64,000 nucleotides of DNA from Escherichia coli (GTDB lineage: Bacteria > Pseudomonadota > Gammaproteobacteria > Enterobacterales > Enterobacteriaceae), in the NCBI RefSeq assembly GCF_003019035.1, contig NZ_CP027447.1; one strand, written 5' to 3'. The notes under the pieces are model-generated. The model saw only the letters and a list, made by a program, of their open reading frames with translations, was not told the DNA's origin and ran no database searches. This document shows, piece after piece, positions 1-11,163 of this stretch. Both the position numbers and the translations under genes were made by a program. The first letter of the stretch is position 1; each line of letters starts with the position of its first letter.

Positions 1-313
1 CGCAACGACCAATCCGGGTTTGAATAAAAATTATCCGAAAGGCACTGGGTGTTGTAATGACGCAGAAATATTCGACAAAGCGGGCATTGCTGTACTTTCG
101 GTTGAAGCGACTAACTGGAATCTTGGGAATAAGGATGGTTATCAGCAACGCGCAAAAACAGCCGCATTCCCTGCAGGAAATAGCTGGCATGACGTAAGAC
201 TGGATAATCAACAACATATTGATAAGGCACTTCCTGGAAGAATAGAACGTCGCTGCCGTGACGTTATGCGGATAATGCTACCTCTGGTGAAGGAGCTGGC
301 GAAGGCGTCTTGA
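1..313 (+). CDS. iap: 3' end of aminopeptidase gene (Iap-like), partial, continues upstream of window
   Basis: Open frame from window edge to stop at 311-313; sits immediately beside a type I-E CRISPR array as iap does in E. coli. Identity is by context and memory, not alignment. Confidence 0.55.
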   Translation, partial: ATTNPGLNKNYPKGTGCCNDAEIFDKAGIAVLSVEATNWNLGNKDGYQQRAKTAAFPAGNSWHDVRLDNQQHIDKALPGRIERRCRDVMRIMLPLVKELAKAS

Positions 314-333
314 TGGGTTTGAAAATGGGAGCT

Positions 334-1094
334 GCGAGTTCTACCGCAGGGGCGGGGAATTCTAAGTGATATCCATCATCGCATCCAGTGCGCCCGGTTT
401 ATCCCCGCTGGCGCGGGGAACACTTGCAGTAGCACTTCAGTTCTGTTTTTGTCACCGGTTTATCCCCGCTGGCGCGGGGAACACGCCTGATAGCGCCTCC
501 AGCCTTCGCCCTGGTGCGGTTTATCCCCGCTGGCGCGGGGAACACTGCATAGCTTTGGCTTCTTCTTTAACGGACGCCGGTTTATCCCCGCTGGCGCGGG
601 GAACACAGTACCACTGTTTTTTCTTCGGTGCCCAGCCACGGTTTATCCCCGCTGGCGCGGGGAACACGTTTACATATTTATACCTACACGCTCAATCGAC
701 GGTTTATCCCCGCTGGCGCGGGGAACACCCGTTTTCGATTGAACAGAAAGATTTCAACACCGGTTTATCCCCGCTGGCGCGGGGAACACAATACAGACCC
801 GTTGTACGGTTTTTGCGAGCACGGTTTATCCCCGCTGGCGCGGGGAACACTTGGAAATCACCTCCCCGATCTCCGCGCTGTCCGGTTTATCCCCGCTGGC
901 GCGGGGAACACCCCTCGGCAAAAATGCCTTTTTCCTCGTCGGTCGGTTTATCCCCGCTGGCGCGGGGAACACCACGGGCCAGACGGTAGCAACAATTTTA
1001 CGGCCGGTTTATCCCCGCTGGCGCGGGGAACACCAAAACGGAAGTGCCAGTATTGCCAGAATCACCGGTTTATCCCCGCTGGCGCGGGGAACAC
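334..1094 (-). CRISPR. Type I-E CRISPR array: 13 repeats of 29 nt (terminal one degenerate), 12 spacers of 32 nt
   Basis: Exact repeat CGGTTTATCCCCGCTGGCGCGGGGAACAC starts at 395, 456, 517, 578, 639, 700, 761, 822, 883, 944, 1005 and 1066 (61-nt period). A degenerate copy at 334-362 keeps the CCGC..GGCGGGGAA core. Leader and cas2 lie on the high-coordinate side, so crRNA sense is the minus strand. Confidence 0.97.
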
Positions 1095-1190
1095 ACTAAG
1101 CATACGTATCTGTTTTTAAACAATTTTATTCCACATCAACAATCTACCAACTAAATTCAAACATTTCCTTATTTTTAAAGAACGGGTAAC
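1095..1190 (-). promoter_or_regulatory. CRISPR leader (AT-rich) between first repeat and cas2
   Basis: AT-rich 96 nt between the newest repeat and the cas2 stop; contains AACAATCTACCAAC at 1138-1151, also found in the second array's leader. Confidence 0.6.
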
Positions 1191-2400
<1,210 letters not shown>

Positions 2401-2404
<4 letters not shown>

Positions 2405-3051
2405 GCCTCTGCTCCAGGTTTGATCAGCATCAGACCACAACCGAACGCCCGGCTTTTGCCATACCCCTGACTGAGACGTTGCAGAAATAACCCAGGATCG
2501 GTGACCGTAAGCATCCCCGTATAATCCACGCTACTGAACTGGATCAGTTGCCGGGAGTTTTCCCGCCGCAGTTGCTGTTGTCGGTAGGCATCAACCGAAG
2601 TATCCAGCAGTGTAAAACCGCTTCTCTCCCCCTGCGCTGCCAGCCAGTCCAGCGCCGCCTGTTGTTGATGCAACCAGACATTTCTTCCTTCCGCCTGCCC
2701 CCTCACCTGCCGTTTCGCCTCCATCAGCAGATCGTGGCGCTTACCCGCTTTACAGACTGTTGGATTCGCCCGCAGGTTGAAACAAAGGGATTGTCCGGTA
2801 TGCAGTTCAGGCGCAAATGACCGGCATTCGATGGTGAACGTTTCACTTTCCGCCGGGCGTTCCTGCGACAGGACAAAAAAGCGAAACGCGCCCTGGAGTT
2901 CTTCCCGACGATAAAGAAATTGCCTTTCTTTGCCGCCAGGAAAAAGATCCCACAGCCACTGATGCATCACATATTCACCGCGATCCACCAAATGCAGCAA
3001 CTGCGCAGGCGAAAGCTGACCGGTATGTAAGGTTATTCTTGAGAGGTACAT
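2401..3051 (-). CDS. casE: CasE / Cas6e crRNA endoribonuclease
   Basis: Frame of ORF 2401-3189; conserved start MYLSRITLH at ATG 3051 preceded by GGAGG; the upstream extension in the track would overlap casD. Confidence 0.85.
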
Positions 3052-3779
3052 GGTTCCTCCTTGCTGAGCCACGGCCCCTGATTGACGGTGCGTTCCCCAA
3101 ACAGCCACTGCTGACGATTTAAAGGAACATCCCGGCGGCGTAATATTTTGCTCGAGACCAGGCCATCGTGCTCCCCTTCCCACCAGCATTCATCCTGAAG
3201 TTTCGGGAGTGAGACTTTCAGTTCGTGGAAACGATCCTGATACTGTTGGTATGCGTTACGTAAGGCATCAGACGCGTTACCTTCAAGCAGTAACGGCGCA
3301 AGGGGTAATGCCAGCGGATGGCTTTTTCGCCCCAGATAAAGCGGAAAAGCCGGATGGCGTAAACCTTCCTGCAACTGTTCGAGGCTGTAAGGCGCATCAG
3401 CTGTTGTTGCCACGGCCACCATCCACCAGGCATCGGTGTAGTAGTCGCGCCGGGAGATAATCGCGCTTAGAAGATCAGGGTCGCTCAACTCTTCGCGACG
3501 GCTGAAATAACGCGCTTTACGCACCTCTTTTGGCATCTGGACCGTGTGATAATCCCGTGCCCAGCGCGGGTTACGGCTGGCGCAAACCACCAGTGAATAG
3601 TGGCGATTAAACGCGTTTAAGCATTCGGTGTCATCACGCCGTATCCCTACCCCGGCAGCCAGCAGCCCCAGCAATGCTGAACGCGAAGGCAGTTCATGGG
3701 TATGACGCACCTCACCGGGTGCATCAACGCCCCAGGATGCCATTGGCCCATGAAGCTGAAAAATCAGATATTGGCTCAT
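3033..3779 (-). CDS. casD: CasD / Cas5e Cascade subunit
   Basis: 248-aa ORF between casC and casE, N-terminus MSQYLIFQLHGPMASWG resembles Cas5e (MRSYLILRLAGPMQAWG in K-12); operon position. Confidence 0.82.
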   Translation of the reverse strand: MSQYLIFQLHGPMASWGVDAPGEVRHTHELPSRSALLGLLAAGVGIRRDDTECLNAFNRHYSLVVCASRNPRWARDYHTVQMPKEVRKARYFSRREELSDPDLLSAIISRRDYYTDAWWMVAVATTADAPYSLEQLQEGLRHPAFPLYLGRKSHPLALPLAPLLLEGNASDALRNAYQQYQDRFHELKVSLPKLQDECWWEGEHDGLVSSKILRRRDVPLNRQQWLFGERTVNQGPWLSKEEPCTSQE

Positions 3780-3789
3780 AAGCCGCCCC

Positions 3790-4845
3790 TTACGCGCAGA
3801 TAAAGTCCAGCACGTCCTTCATGCTTCCCTGTTTGTTCATCACGTCAAAACTTGCGCATTCGGTCTTCTGTTCGTAAACCGTATTCATGTTTTCGCGAAG
3901 CGTTGTAATACGCTGCACCGCCACATCTAACTGACGTGTGCCATTAATGGGTTCATAGAAAGCCGCCGCCAGAGAACGCGGTTGTTCGGTGCCTTTTTCT
4001 GCCAGCGCCCAGGAGGCGTAGGCACGGCTGGCAAAGCTGTTTTGTTTACCGGTTGGGGAAACTTTAAACGCTGCTTCCGTAAAGGCGCGCAGGGTCTGAT
4101 TAGCTAATGCTTCGTCACCGCCGAGGTTTTCGACCAGCAGATCTTTATCAATGCAGATATAGGTGTAGAACAGCGCAGAACCAAATCCAGTTTCACCAAG
4201 ATGCCCTGCACCAGCATCTTCAGAGGCCTGGCGCAAATCATCAACGGCGGTGAAAAAATCATCTTCGACAATCGTTTCACTGACACCAAATGCATGCGCG
4301 ACCTGGCAGGCGGCTTCAACATTAAATTCGGGTTTATTCGCCAGCATACGACCAAACATAGCGATATCTACCGCCATGCGATCTTTACGTAACAAAGCGA
4401 GATCTTCCTCTTTTGGCGCGCGCTTTTCTTCGGCCAGTTGATGGGCCAGCGCTTTTACGGCGTCAAATTCTGCCGGGCTGATATGGACGAGCTGTTCAGT
4501 TTCGGCGTTAGTGAGCGGATCTTTTGGTTTTTTGTCGTTTTTAGCTTTCCCAAGATAATCCGCAATTTTTGCCGCCCATTCGATGGCTTTTTTCTCTTCG
4601 ATGCCTTTCTCAATCAGGATAGTTGCCGCCTCACGCGCAATACGCCCACTGCGAATACCAATATGGCCCGCCAGTGCCTGTTCAAAAAGTGCAGAAGTGC
4701 GCCACGCACGTTTCAGACTTTGCGAGGAAACGCGCAGACGCGTTGCTCCACCCAGCACCACGGTTTTCGGCGCACCGGTGTCATCACGGTTAAGGTTGGC
4801 TGCAGGGTAAGCGGTTAACAAATGAAGCTGAATAAATGTCGTCAT
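3790..4845 (-). CDS. casC: CasC / Cas7e Cascade backbone subunit
   Basis: 351-aa ORF, N-terminus HLLTAYPAANLNRDDTGAPKT...LRVSSQSLKRAWRTS matches Cas7e family. Confidence 0.88.
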   Translation of the reverse strand: MTTFIQLHLLTAYPAANLNRDDTGAPKTVVLGGATRLRVSSQSLKRAWRTSALFEQALAGHIGIRSGRIAREAATILIEKGIEEKKAIEWAAKIADYLGKAKNDKKPKDPLTNAETEQLVHISPAEFDAVKALAHQLAEEKRAPKEEDLALLRKDRMAVDIAMFGRMLANKPEFNVEAACQVAHAFGVSETIVEDDFFTAVDDLRQASEDAGAGHLGETGFGSALFYTYICIDKDLLVENLGGDEALANQTLRAFTEAAFKVSPTGKQNSFASRAYASWALAEKGTEQPRSLAAAFYEPINGTRQLDVAVQRITTLRENMNTVYEQKTECASFDVMNKQGSMKDVLDFICA

Positions 4846-4859
4846 GAGATAGTCCTTTA

Positions 4860-5396
4860 TTAATTTTGTTCGTTATCGGCGTCGCCAGCCTGGTAATATT
4901 CCAGCGCCCAGCGGATACGGATAAATTCTGTTGGCCGCTGCTGACGGCGGTGATGGTTGAGCAGGTCGTCACTCTCCTGGCACCAGCGGAAAATATCGTC
5001 TGCCAAAGAGATAAGATTGACGGAACCGTTTAATAATTTGACCGCGCGACGTAACTGGCGCAGTAAATCATCCGGCGTTTTGACTGCCGACAGGCGAGTA
5101 AAACGCCCCTCAGACATTACCGCCGCCAACTGCGCGGCAAAAGGCTGCCGTTCATCAATGGCTTTTACATTGGCGGCAACGGCGGCAACCAGCGCCAGTG
5201 CGGTAAAACGCCACTCCTGTGATTCAATTTTCCACAACGTGTGGGTCTGCATCAGCAGAGAACGAAAACCTTCTGACAGACAAACATCATTAACCGTTGT
5301 GCTACGCCGCAGACTGGCACGATTGCCGCGTTTTTCCTGCAACTCTTCGAGCCATTTACGCAGCGTGGCTTTGTGCTCCTCTTTTACAATACTCAT
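4860..5396 (-). CDS. casB: CasB / Cse2 Cascade small subunit
   Basis: 178-aa ORF in the Cse2 slot between casA and casC; sequence is divergent from the K-12 CasB I remember, so the call rests mainly on position and size. Confidence 0.72.
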   Translation of the reverse strand: MSIVKEEHKATLRKWLEELQEKRGNRASLRRSTTVNDVCLSEGFRSLLMQTHTLWKIESQEWRFTALALVAAVAANVKAIDERQPFAAQLAAVMSEGRFTRLSAVKTPDDLLRQLRRAVKLLNGSVNLISLADDIFRWCQESDDLLNHHRRQQRPTEFIRIRWALEYYQAGDADNEQN

Positions 5397-6961
5397 TCAG
5401 CAGCCTCCTGCTTTTTCTCCCTGGCGGCTTTAGCACTTTGCTTCTCCGCCGATGTTGTAAAATATTTCTTGCGCGCGGTCATGACGCGTTTCAAATCAAC
5501 GGGCTCATAAGGATTGGTGAATACCCGCTCGTCAAAATCCTGACGCGCGAATAACCACATTTCCTTTTGCCATTTGCTGAGTAATTCATCCGGCTCCTGA
5601 CCTTCTTCAATTTGACGCACTAACCTCAGGAAGCGATGCTGAGTTTTGTTCCAAAAGTCGATATCCACAAAACTGAAATCACCCCGTGCACCTTTTGGAT
5701 CGGAGAACCATGCTTCTTTCAATGCACTCCGTAACAGACTTAGAATCCGTGAAGCCGTTTGCGCAGCCAGCCGCAGCTTTGGTATCTGGCCTTCTTTTTT
5801 ATTGAGCAGCAGCGGGAAATGGTGTTCGTACCAACAGCGCGCTTTCATGTTGTCAAAATCATAACCAAATCCCCATAGGCCCACTTTTGCCTGTTTCAGA
5901 CTGCTGGCATTAAAGAGTTTCACCACCAGCGCGGGAAGTTCCGTATTGTTTTCTGATTTACCCGTTTCGATAAGGCCTAACCAGTCGCGCCAGATTAAAC
6001 CGCCCGGTTGTGGTTTAACGGAGTAAAACTCGCCACCCTCTTTAAGTGGTACACGGTAAGGCGTTAAGGGATGCTGCCACATGGCATAATTGGCACCATA
6101 ATTTTTGGTCGTCATCAGGCTCAGGAGCGCGTCGTTCTGCTCGTCGCAAATATCGCAGTTGCCGACTGTCGTGGTATTAAAATCAATACGTATACGCCGC
6201 GGCATTCCCCAGTACGCCTGGAGTTTATTGACCTGATCATGGGTTACCACCGCACCGGCCAGTTCGCTGGTACGCGTCGGGCCTAGCCAGGGGAAAATCA
6301 GATCGTCAAATTTTTTGGGTAGCGGTAAGTCGGCTTCATCCTGCGGCATCACGTTGAGCCACAGTTTGCGCCACAAGGGTGTTTGTTGATTGCCCTGATA
6401 TTCCTGTAATTCAATGAGAGTCGTCATCGGCCCACCGCCGCGTAAACCGGTGCGATAGCCTTTGCCGCCCGCGGGTGCATTCAACTGTAAAGAGAACAAG
6501 GCCAATGCTAAGCAATGGGGGCACAGATATTCCGTTACACCCCGCTTGATAAAATGGTCTTTATTAAACTTCGTCGTTTGAAAGCCGGGAATCTCAGGCA
6601 GTAGCGAAGCGACCGGAACTTTATCTCCCGTGAGCGCCTCAAAATCCTGCATAAATGAAGATGAATCAGGCCCAAACTGGAAAGCATGTTCTAAAGACAG
6701 CAATGCTTCTCGTAGCTTTTCAGCTTCCAGTCCGTCTTCCCAGATATCATCCCAACGACGATGATCTTTTGGCGCGAAGCTGGTTTGTAGTAGTCCCAGC
6801 AAAAACTGCCAGGCCGCACCTTGTAAATCTGCTCGCGGTGCGGCGATATCGACAACATTCTCATCAGCCAGATCGACTGATGCCAGCTTGCCTGTCGTTC
6901 CGTCTTTGAAACGAACAGGCAACCACGGGGTTGTCAGAAGTGAAAACGAGTTCATACGCAT
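5393..6961 (-). CDS. casA: CasA / Cse1 Cascade large subunit
   Basis: 522-aa ORF with a GLRGG motif (GKGYRTGLRGGGPMTT) as in Cse1; position between cas3 and casB. Confidence 0.82.
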   Translation of the reverse strand: MRMNSFSLLTTPWLPVRFKDGTTGKLASVDLADENVVDIAAPRADLQGAAWQFLLGLLQTSFAPKDHRRWDDIWEDGLEAEKLREALLSLEHAFQFGPDSSSFMQDFEALTGDKVPVASLLPEIPGFQTTKFNKDHFIKRGVTEYLCPHCLALALFSLQLNAPAGGKGYRTGLRGGGPMTTLIELQEYQGNQQTPLWRKLWLNVMPQDEADLPLPKKFDDLIFPWLGPTRTSELAGAVVTHDQVNKLQAYWGMPRRIRIDFNTTTVGNCDICDEQNDALLSLMTTKNYGANYAMWQHPLTPYRVPLKEGGEFYSVKPQPGGLIWRDWLGLIETGKSENNTELPALVVKLFNASSLKQAKVGLWGFGYDFDNMKARCWYEHHFPLLLNKKEGQIPKLRLAAQTASRILSLLRSALKEAWFSDPKGARGDFSFVDIDFWNKTQHRFLRLVRQIEEGQEPDELLSKWQKEMWLFARQDFDERVFTNPYEPVDLKRVMTARKKYFTTSAEKQSAKAAREKKQEAAE

Positions 6962-7044
6962 CCTCTCGTAAAAAAGACCATCCCTGGTCGGTTGTCCATC
7001 CTTTTTTGTGTATCAACTATTCAGAGAATCCTGTCGCAGACATC

Positions 7045-9744
7045 TCAACCAACCTTGCCAATCAATCCCTCCGTAGCCGAATACCCACAACTTTCGTCAT
7101 CGGTGACTAAAATCACGTTTGCCATCTCCGGATCATGCCGCTGTTCAACGCACCACTGCCTGAACGCATCCCCTTCCAGTAAAGAAAACTCATCCCGATG
7201 TTTTTTCCACCAGCTTCGGCGCACTCTGACAACGCTCATTTCCCATGCGTGTGCACCTGTGGCATAAGGCTTCACCACACCGTCAATACAGGTAGCCAGC
7301 CACAGGGAAACAGACTCTTCAGCCAGACGTGTCGACAGTTTTTCCGGGAGGTAATCGTTGATATTGGCGGCATAGCCGGGCCTGAAGTTCAGTACAAACT
7401 TTTTAGCCATTGCGCGATCGCAGTAATATTTGCCCACTTGCTCCTGCTCGCTGCGGGCAAACCCTTCCGGCATTACTACGTCCTCACCGTAGACTGATTC
7501 AATCAGAAGCCGGGCTGAGTGTGGCATCTGAATAGCACCTTGCTCACGCAGCACACGCTGCGTCAGCCAGATTCGCCCATGATCGGGATAGACAAATGCA
7601 CTGTTACGCATGGCACTGCCAAACCATTCGTCACCCGGAGAGTCGTCCCAGACGGGGGCCAGAATCAGCAATTCAGGAGGGTGACGCTCGTCTTTACCGT
7701 CACGCTTTAACTGGCCATTCATATCGCGGATATGTCGCTGTAATCGCCCTGCTCGCTGGATCAGTAAATCAACAGGGGCAAAGTCGGAAATCATTTCGTC
7801 CAGGTCGCAGTCAACGCTCTGCTCCAGGACTTGAGTACAAATGAGGACTTTTCCGGCACGCTGTGAACAGTCTTCTTTACCAAAGCGTGCCAGCGTCTCC
7901 GTTTCAATTCGCTGGCGATCGCTAAAAGCAAAGCGGCTATGAAAAAGTGAAAGGCTGGAAGCAGGAATGACGCCGCGGGCAAGTAACTGACGATGAACCT
8001 GGATGGCGTCATCGACAGAATTTCGGATCCAGGCGATACATTTCCCCTGACTTACCGCCGATTCGATACGCGCAATACACTCTTGTTCGCTATGAAGCCA
8101 ACCCACACTCACGCTGCGCTCAACGTCTTTGCGCGTCGCTACCCGGTGTGAATGCACATCGGATTTCGTAACGTGCGTCAGCCAGGGGTAATCATCCTTT
8201 TCCAGGAACGGAGCTTCTTGCTGGCCCTCTATACCACGCGCAAAGGCAGCAACGAGTTTGTCGCGCTGCTGTTGAGATAACGTGGCAGAAAGCAAAATGA
8301 CGCTGTTTCCGCCACGCGCCTGCCGCTCGATCAGCCCTTCAAGAATGCATGACATGTAAGCGTCACAGGCATGGATCTCATCAGCCAGCAGGATTTTGTT
8401 ACTCAGTCCCAGAAGCCGCAGATTATTATGTTTGAACGGCATCACAGCCATCATCGCCTGATCCAGCGTGCCGACGCCAATTTCAGCCAGTAGCGCCTTC
8501 TTGTTACTGTCGGCAAACCAGGCCGCACATCCCTGACTGCACGTTTGTTCATCCGGTTCTTCTGACCCGACTAAATCACCGGACCAGAGTGATTCATTAA
8601 AGCGGTCCATTAATGTTCGGGCACTGTGTGCCAGCACCAGGCTGGGGCGGGACTCTGGCGAATAGAAAGCAAGCCAGGTTTTGACCAGTCGATCGTACAT
8701 GGCATTGGCCGTTGCCATTGTTGGCAGGCCAAAAAACAAACCCTGCGCTTTCCCCGCAGCCATCAACCTGTGCGCCAGGATAAGCGCCGCTTCTGTTTTA
8801 CCTGCGCCGGTTACATCCTCCAGAATAAATAACTGTGGTCCCGGCTGGCTGATATCCAGATCCAGCACCTTTTGCTGTAGCGGTGTCGGATTCTCAATAA
8901 AAGGAAACAGCGTATTAATTCCGGTGAAAGGCGCGCTTTCTGCTTTTGGAGGAAAGACGGTTAAGGCGTTTTGAGCCTGAACTAAAGTTTTCTGCCAGTA
9001 ATCTTCAATATCCATTGTCTGTGCGACGCGTGGAAAATATCGCGTTGACGATCCCGTCCAGTCTGCAAGTACGACGGTTGCAGAGATATACCAGGAAAGT
9101 TGTTTTATAAGTTCAACGCCCTCGTCATCATCCCAGAATGTGGGGATCTCTATGAGCGGAAACAGTACCTTGATTGCAAGGAGAAAATCTCGTGCGGCAC
9201 CTTTGTCTTCAGGCAGAAAATTATCCAGTTCATCCATACGCTCAGGGGGTCGACCATGATGCCCGGTAGTCATGGGCATCCACATCTCCATCACCCGTTT
9301 AAGTTTGCGCGGAGAGAGTGAAGATGAAGGAAGCAACTCCTGACATTCACTTAAATAATGGTTCCACAACCAGTAGCCCAGCGTTGAATGAGAGATCTTT
9401 TCGTAATTCTTTCTTGCGCCTTCCGGAACCTTGAGTTGTGGGTGCAGGTAAAGTTGCTGAAAAGAGCGGGCAAATTTTCCAATATCGTGCCAGCACAGCA
9501 GCCAGGCGAAAAATTGTGCTGCCAGCTCCGTGTCAGCGAAACCTAATTGACGAAAATAGTCAGCCAGTCCGAAGCAATTGCTTTTAACCATTAAATAGCC
9601 CATCGCGGCTACATCCAGCGAATGCCAGCAAAGAAGGTGATAGTCGTCACCACCCTCTTTCTCGCCGCGTCGGGTTTTTCCCCAGAAATCAAAAAAAGTC
9701 ACAATATTTTTATCCTTCAGTAAACTTAAAGGATATTTACGCAT
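7045..9744 (-). CDS. cas3: Cas3 HD nuclease / DExH helicase
   Basis: 899-aa ORF with N-terminal HD region (HSLDVAAMGY...WHDIGK), Walker A DVTGAGKTEAAL and DEIHA box. Confidence 0.95.
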   Translation of the reverse strand: MRKYPLSLLKDKNIVTFFDFWGKTRRGEKEGGDDYHLLCWHSLDVAAMGYLMVKSNCFGLADYFRQLGFADTELAAQFFAWLLCWHDIGKFARSFQQLYLHPQLKVPEGARKNYEKISHSTLGYWLWNHYLSECQELLPSSSLSPRKLKRVMEMWMPMTTGHHGRPPERMDELDNFLPEDKGAARDFLLAIKVLFPLIEIPTFWDDDEGVELIKQLSWYISATVVLADWTGSSTRYFPRVAQTMDIEDYWQKTLVQAQNALTVFPPKAESAPFTGINTLFPFIENPTPLQQKVLDLDISQPGPQLFILEDVTGAGKTEAALILAHRLMAAGKAQGLFFGLPTMATANAMYDRLVKTWLAFYSPESRPSLVLAHSARTLMDRFNESLWSGDLVGSEEPDEQTCSQGCAAWFADSNKKALLAEIGVGTLDQAMMAVMPFKHNNLRLLGLSNKILLADEIHACDAYMSCILEGLIERQARGGNSVILLSATLSQQQRDKLVAAFARGIEGQQEAPFLEKDDYPWLTHVTKSDVHSHRVATRKDVERSVSVGWLHSEQECIARIESAVSQGKCIAWIRNSVDDAIQVHRQLLARGVIPASSLSLFHSRFAFSDRQRIETETLARFGKEDCSQRAGKVLICTQVLEQSVDCDLDEMISDFAPVDLLIQRAGRLQRHIRDMNGQLKRDGKDERHPPELLILAPVWDDSPGDEWFGSAMRNSAFVYPDHGRIWLTQRVLREQGAIQMPHSARLLIESVYGEDVVMPEGFARSEQEQVGKYYCDRAMAKKFVLNFRPGYAANINDYLPEKLSTRLAEESVSLWLATCIDGVVKPYATGAHAWEMSVVRVRRSWWKKHRDEFSLLEGDAFRQWCVEQRHDPEMANVILVTDDESCGYSATEGLIGKVG

Positions 9745-9938
9745 ATATTAAAAATTATCTGTGATATATATCGTTCAATAAAATATTTACATTATGAATA
9801 ATCAAATAATTTTCATCCGTAATATATATGAATAATAAACATAGGCATAATATTCACATAAACAATATAAATTAAAAAAGGGTGCAGGAGACCAAACCAT
9901 CACAATTCAGTACGCGGGGTTTTACCCCCGCGTGGTGG

Positions 9939-10091
9939 CTACTTCTTCGATTCGTAAGCGAGAACCGCCTTAAACTCCATACCACGTTCTCTGATACTCA
10001 ACTCACACAACGAGTCGCCTACCATCAGCGTGAATCCCAGTACTGTAAAACACAGCACTATGATTGCCACAAGGGCATATTTTGTCAGCAT
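9939..10091 (-). CDS. Hok/Gef-family type I toxin (50 aa), not in ORF track because under 60 aa
   Basis: Hand translation of minus strand from ATG (complement of 10089-10091) to TAG (complement of 9939-9941): [50 protein letters not shown]. Hydrophobic N-terminus plus SLCE...AYES tail is the Hok signature; GGAGG 7 nt upstream. Confidence 0.78.
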   Translation of the reverse strand: MLTKYALVAIIVLCFTVLGFTLMVGDSLCELSIRERGMEFKAVLAYESKK

Positions 10092-10295
10092 GTCTTGCCT
10101 CCCTGCAAAGAAGAGACTAACATTCGAATTGTTTGGGTTCGAACGCTGGCCTCAGGTTGATAGAAATATCGCCTGGGGCTTTTGTCCATCTGGAACCTCG
10201 CGAATGCTTAACGCCAGACAGCCTCAAGCACCCAACGCCATTCTATACCTGTTAATTCTTCCAACGACGTTCACGTTTAAAATCAGGAATGCTGC

Positions 10296-10340
10296 TCGCA
10301 AAATAAAAACGCCCCCATCATTTCTGACAGAGGCGTTTAA
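10296..10340 (-). terminator. Putative terminator downstream of cysH
   Basis: Minus strand reads AAACGCC...GGCGTTTTTATTTT just after the cysH stop; the stem is short with a large loop, so this is tentative. Confidence 0.4.
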
Positions 10341-10355
10341 TTTATCCGGCAATAT

Positions 10356-11090
10356 TTACCCTTCGTGTAATCCACATTCCCTTTTTAAGCCAAAGAAACG
10401 CGTTTCTTCTTCCGCCATGCCGGGTTCCCATTTACGGGTTGTATGGGTATCGCCCACCGATAAATATCCTTCATCCCATAATGGGTGATATTTCAGGCCA
10501 TGTTTTTGCAGGTACTGATAAATAGTTCGGTTATCCCAGTCGATAATCGGCAACACTTTAAATACACCACGCTGGATAGCCAGCACCGGTAAATTAGCAC
10601 GGCTGCCGGATTGTTCACGGCGCAGGCCAGCAAACCAGGTTTGCGCATTCAGTTCTTTCAGCGCCCGGTTCATCGGTTCGACTTTGTTGATGTCATTGTA
10701 CTTTTCAATGCCTTCAACGCCCTGCTCCCACAGTTTGCCGTAGCGTGCTTCCTGCCAGGCGGCGCTTTCAGTAGCACGGTACACTTTCAGGTTGAGCTTG
10801 AGTTTATCCGTTAACTCGTCAATAAAGCGGTAGGTTTCCGGGAACAGATAACCGGTATCGGTGAGGATCACCGGAATATCCGGGTGAATCTGATTCACCA
10901 GATGCAGGCTCACCGCCGCCTGAATGCCGAAGCTGGAAGAAAGCACATATTCACCGGGCAGATTATCCAGCGCCCAGGCAACGCGGCCTTCAGCGTCCAG
11001 TTTTTCCAGTTCGGCGTTAGTTTCCGCCAGCGCCAGAATGCGATCTACCTTCGGCAGTTCGTTCAGGGCGTTTAGATCGAGTTTGGACAT
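10356..11090 (-). CDS. cysH: Phosphoadenosine phosphosulfate (PAPS) reductase
   Basis: Frame of ORF 10356-11243; conserved start [15 protein letters not shown] at 11090 gives 244 aa, matching CysH. Confidence 0.95.
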   Translation of the reverse strand: MSKLDLNALNELPKVDRILALAETNAELEKLDAEGRVAWALDNLPGEYVLSSSFGIQAAVSLHLVNQIHPDIPVILTDTGYLFPETYRFIDELTDKLKLNLKVYRATESAAWQEARYGKLWEQGVEGIEKYNDINKVEPMNRALKELNAQTWFAGLRREQSGSRANLPVLAIQRGVFKVLPIIDWDNRTIYQYLQKHGLKYHPLWDEGYLSVGDTHTTRKWEPGMAEEETRFFGLKRECGLHEG

Positions 11091-11111
11091 AGATTCCTCA
11101 CTGTTTGCCTT

Positions 11112-11147
11112 GCCTGATGCGACGCTCACGCGTCTTATCAGGCCTAC
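11112..11147. repeat. REP element (repetitive extragenic palindrome)
   Basis: GCCTGATGCGACGCTCACGCGTCTTATCAGGCCTAC in the cysH-cysI intergenic region. Confidence 0.65.
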
Positions 11148-11163
11148 AAGACCGGGCTGATGG

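Noticed and set aside
366-1119. Three overlapping plus-strand ORFs (207, 163, 82 aa) with periodic GLSPLARGT / FIPAGAGNT / VYPRWRGEH peptides
   Set aside because: They are translations of the 29-nt CRISPR repeat in three frames with 61-nt periodicity, not genes.
9882-10488. 92-aa and 152-aa plus-strand ORFs in the cas3-cysH interval
   Set aside because: They run antisense to the hok gene and cysH 3' end; the hok reading frame on the opposite strand has the clear family signature.
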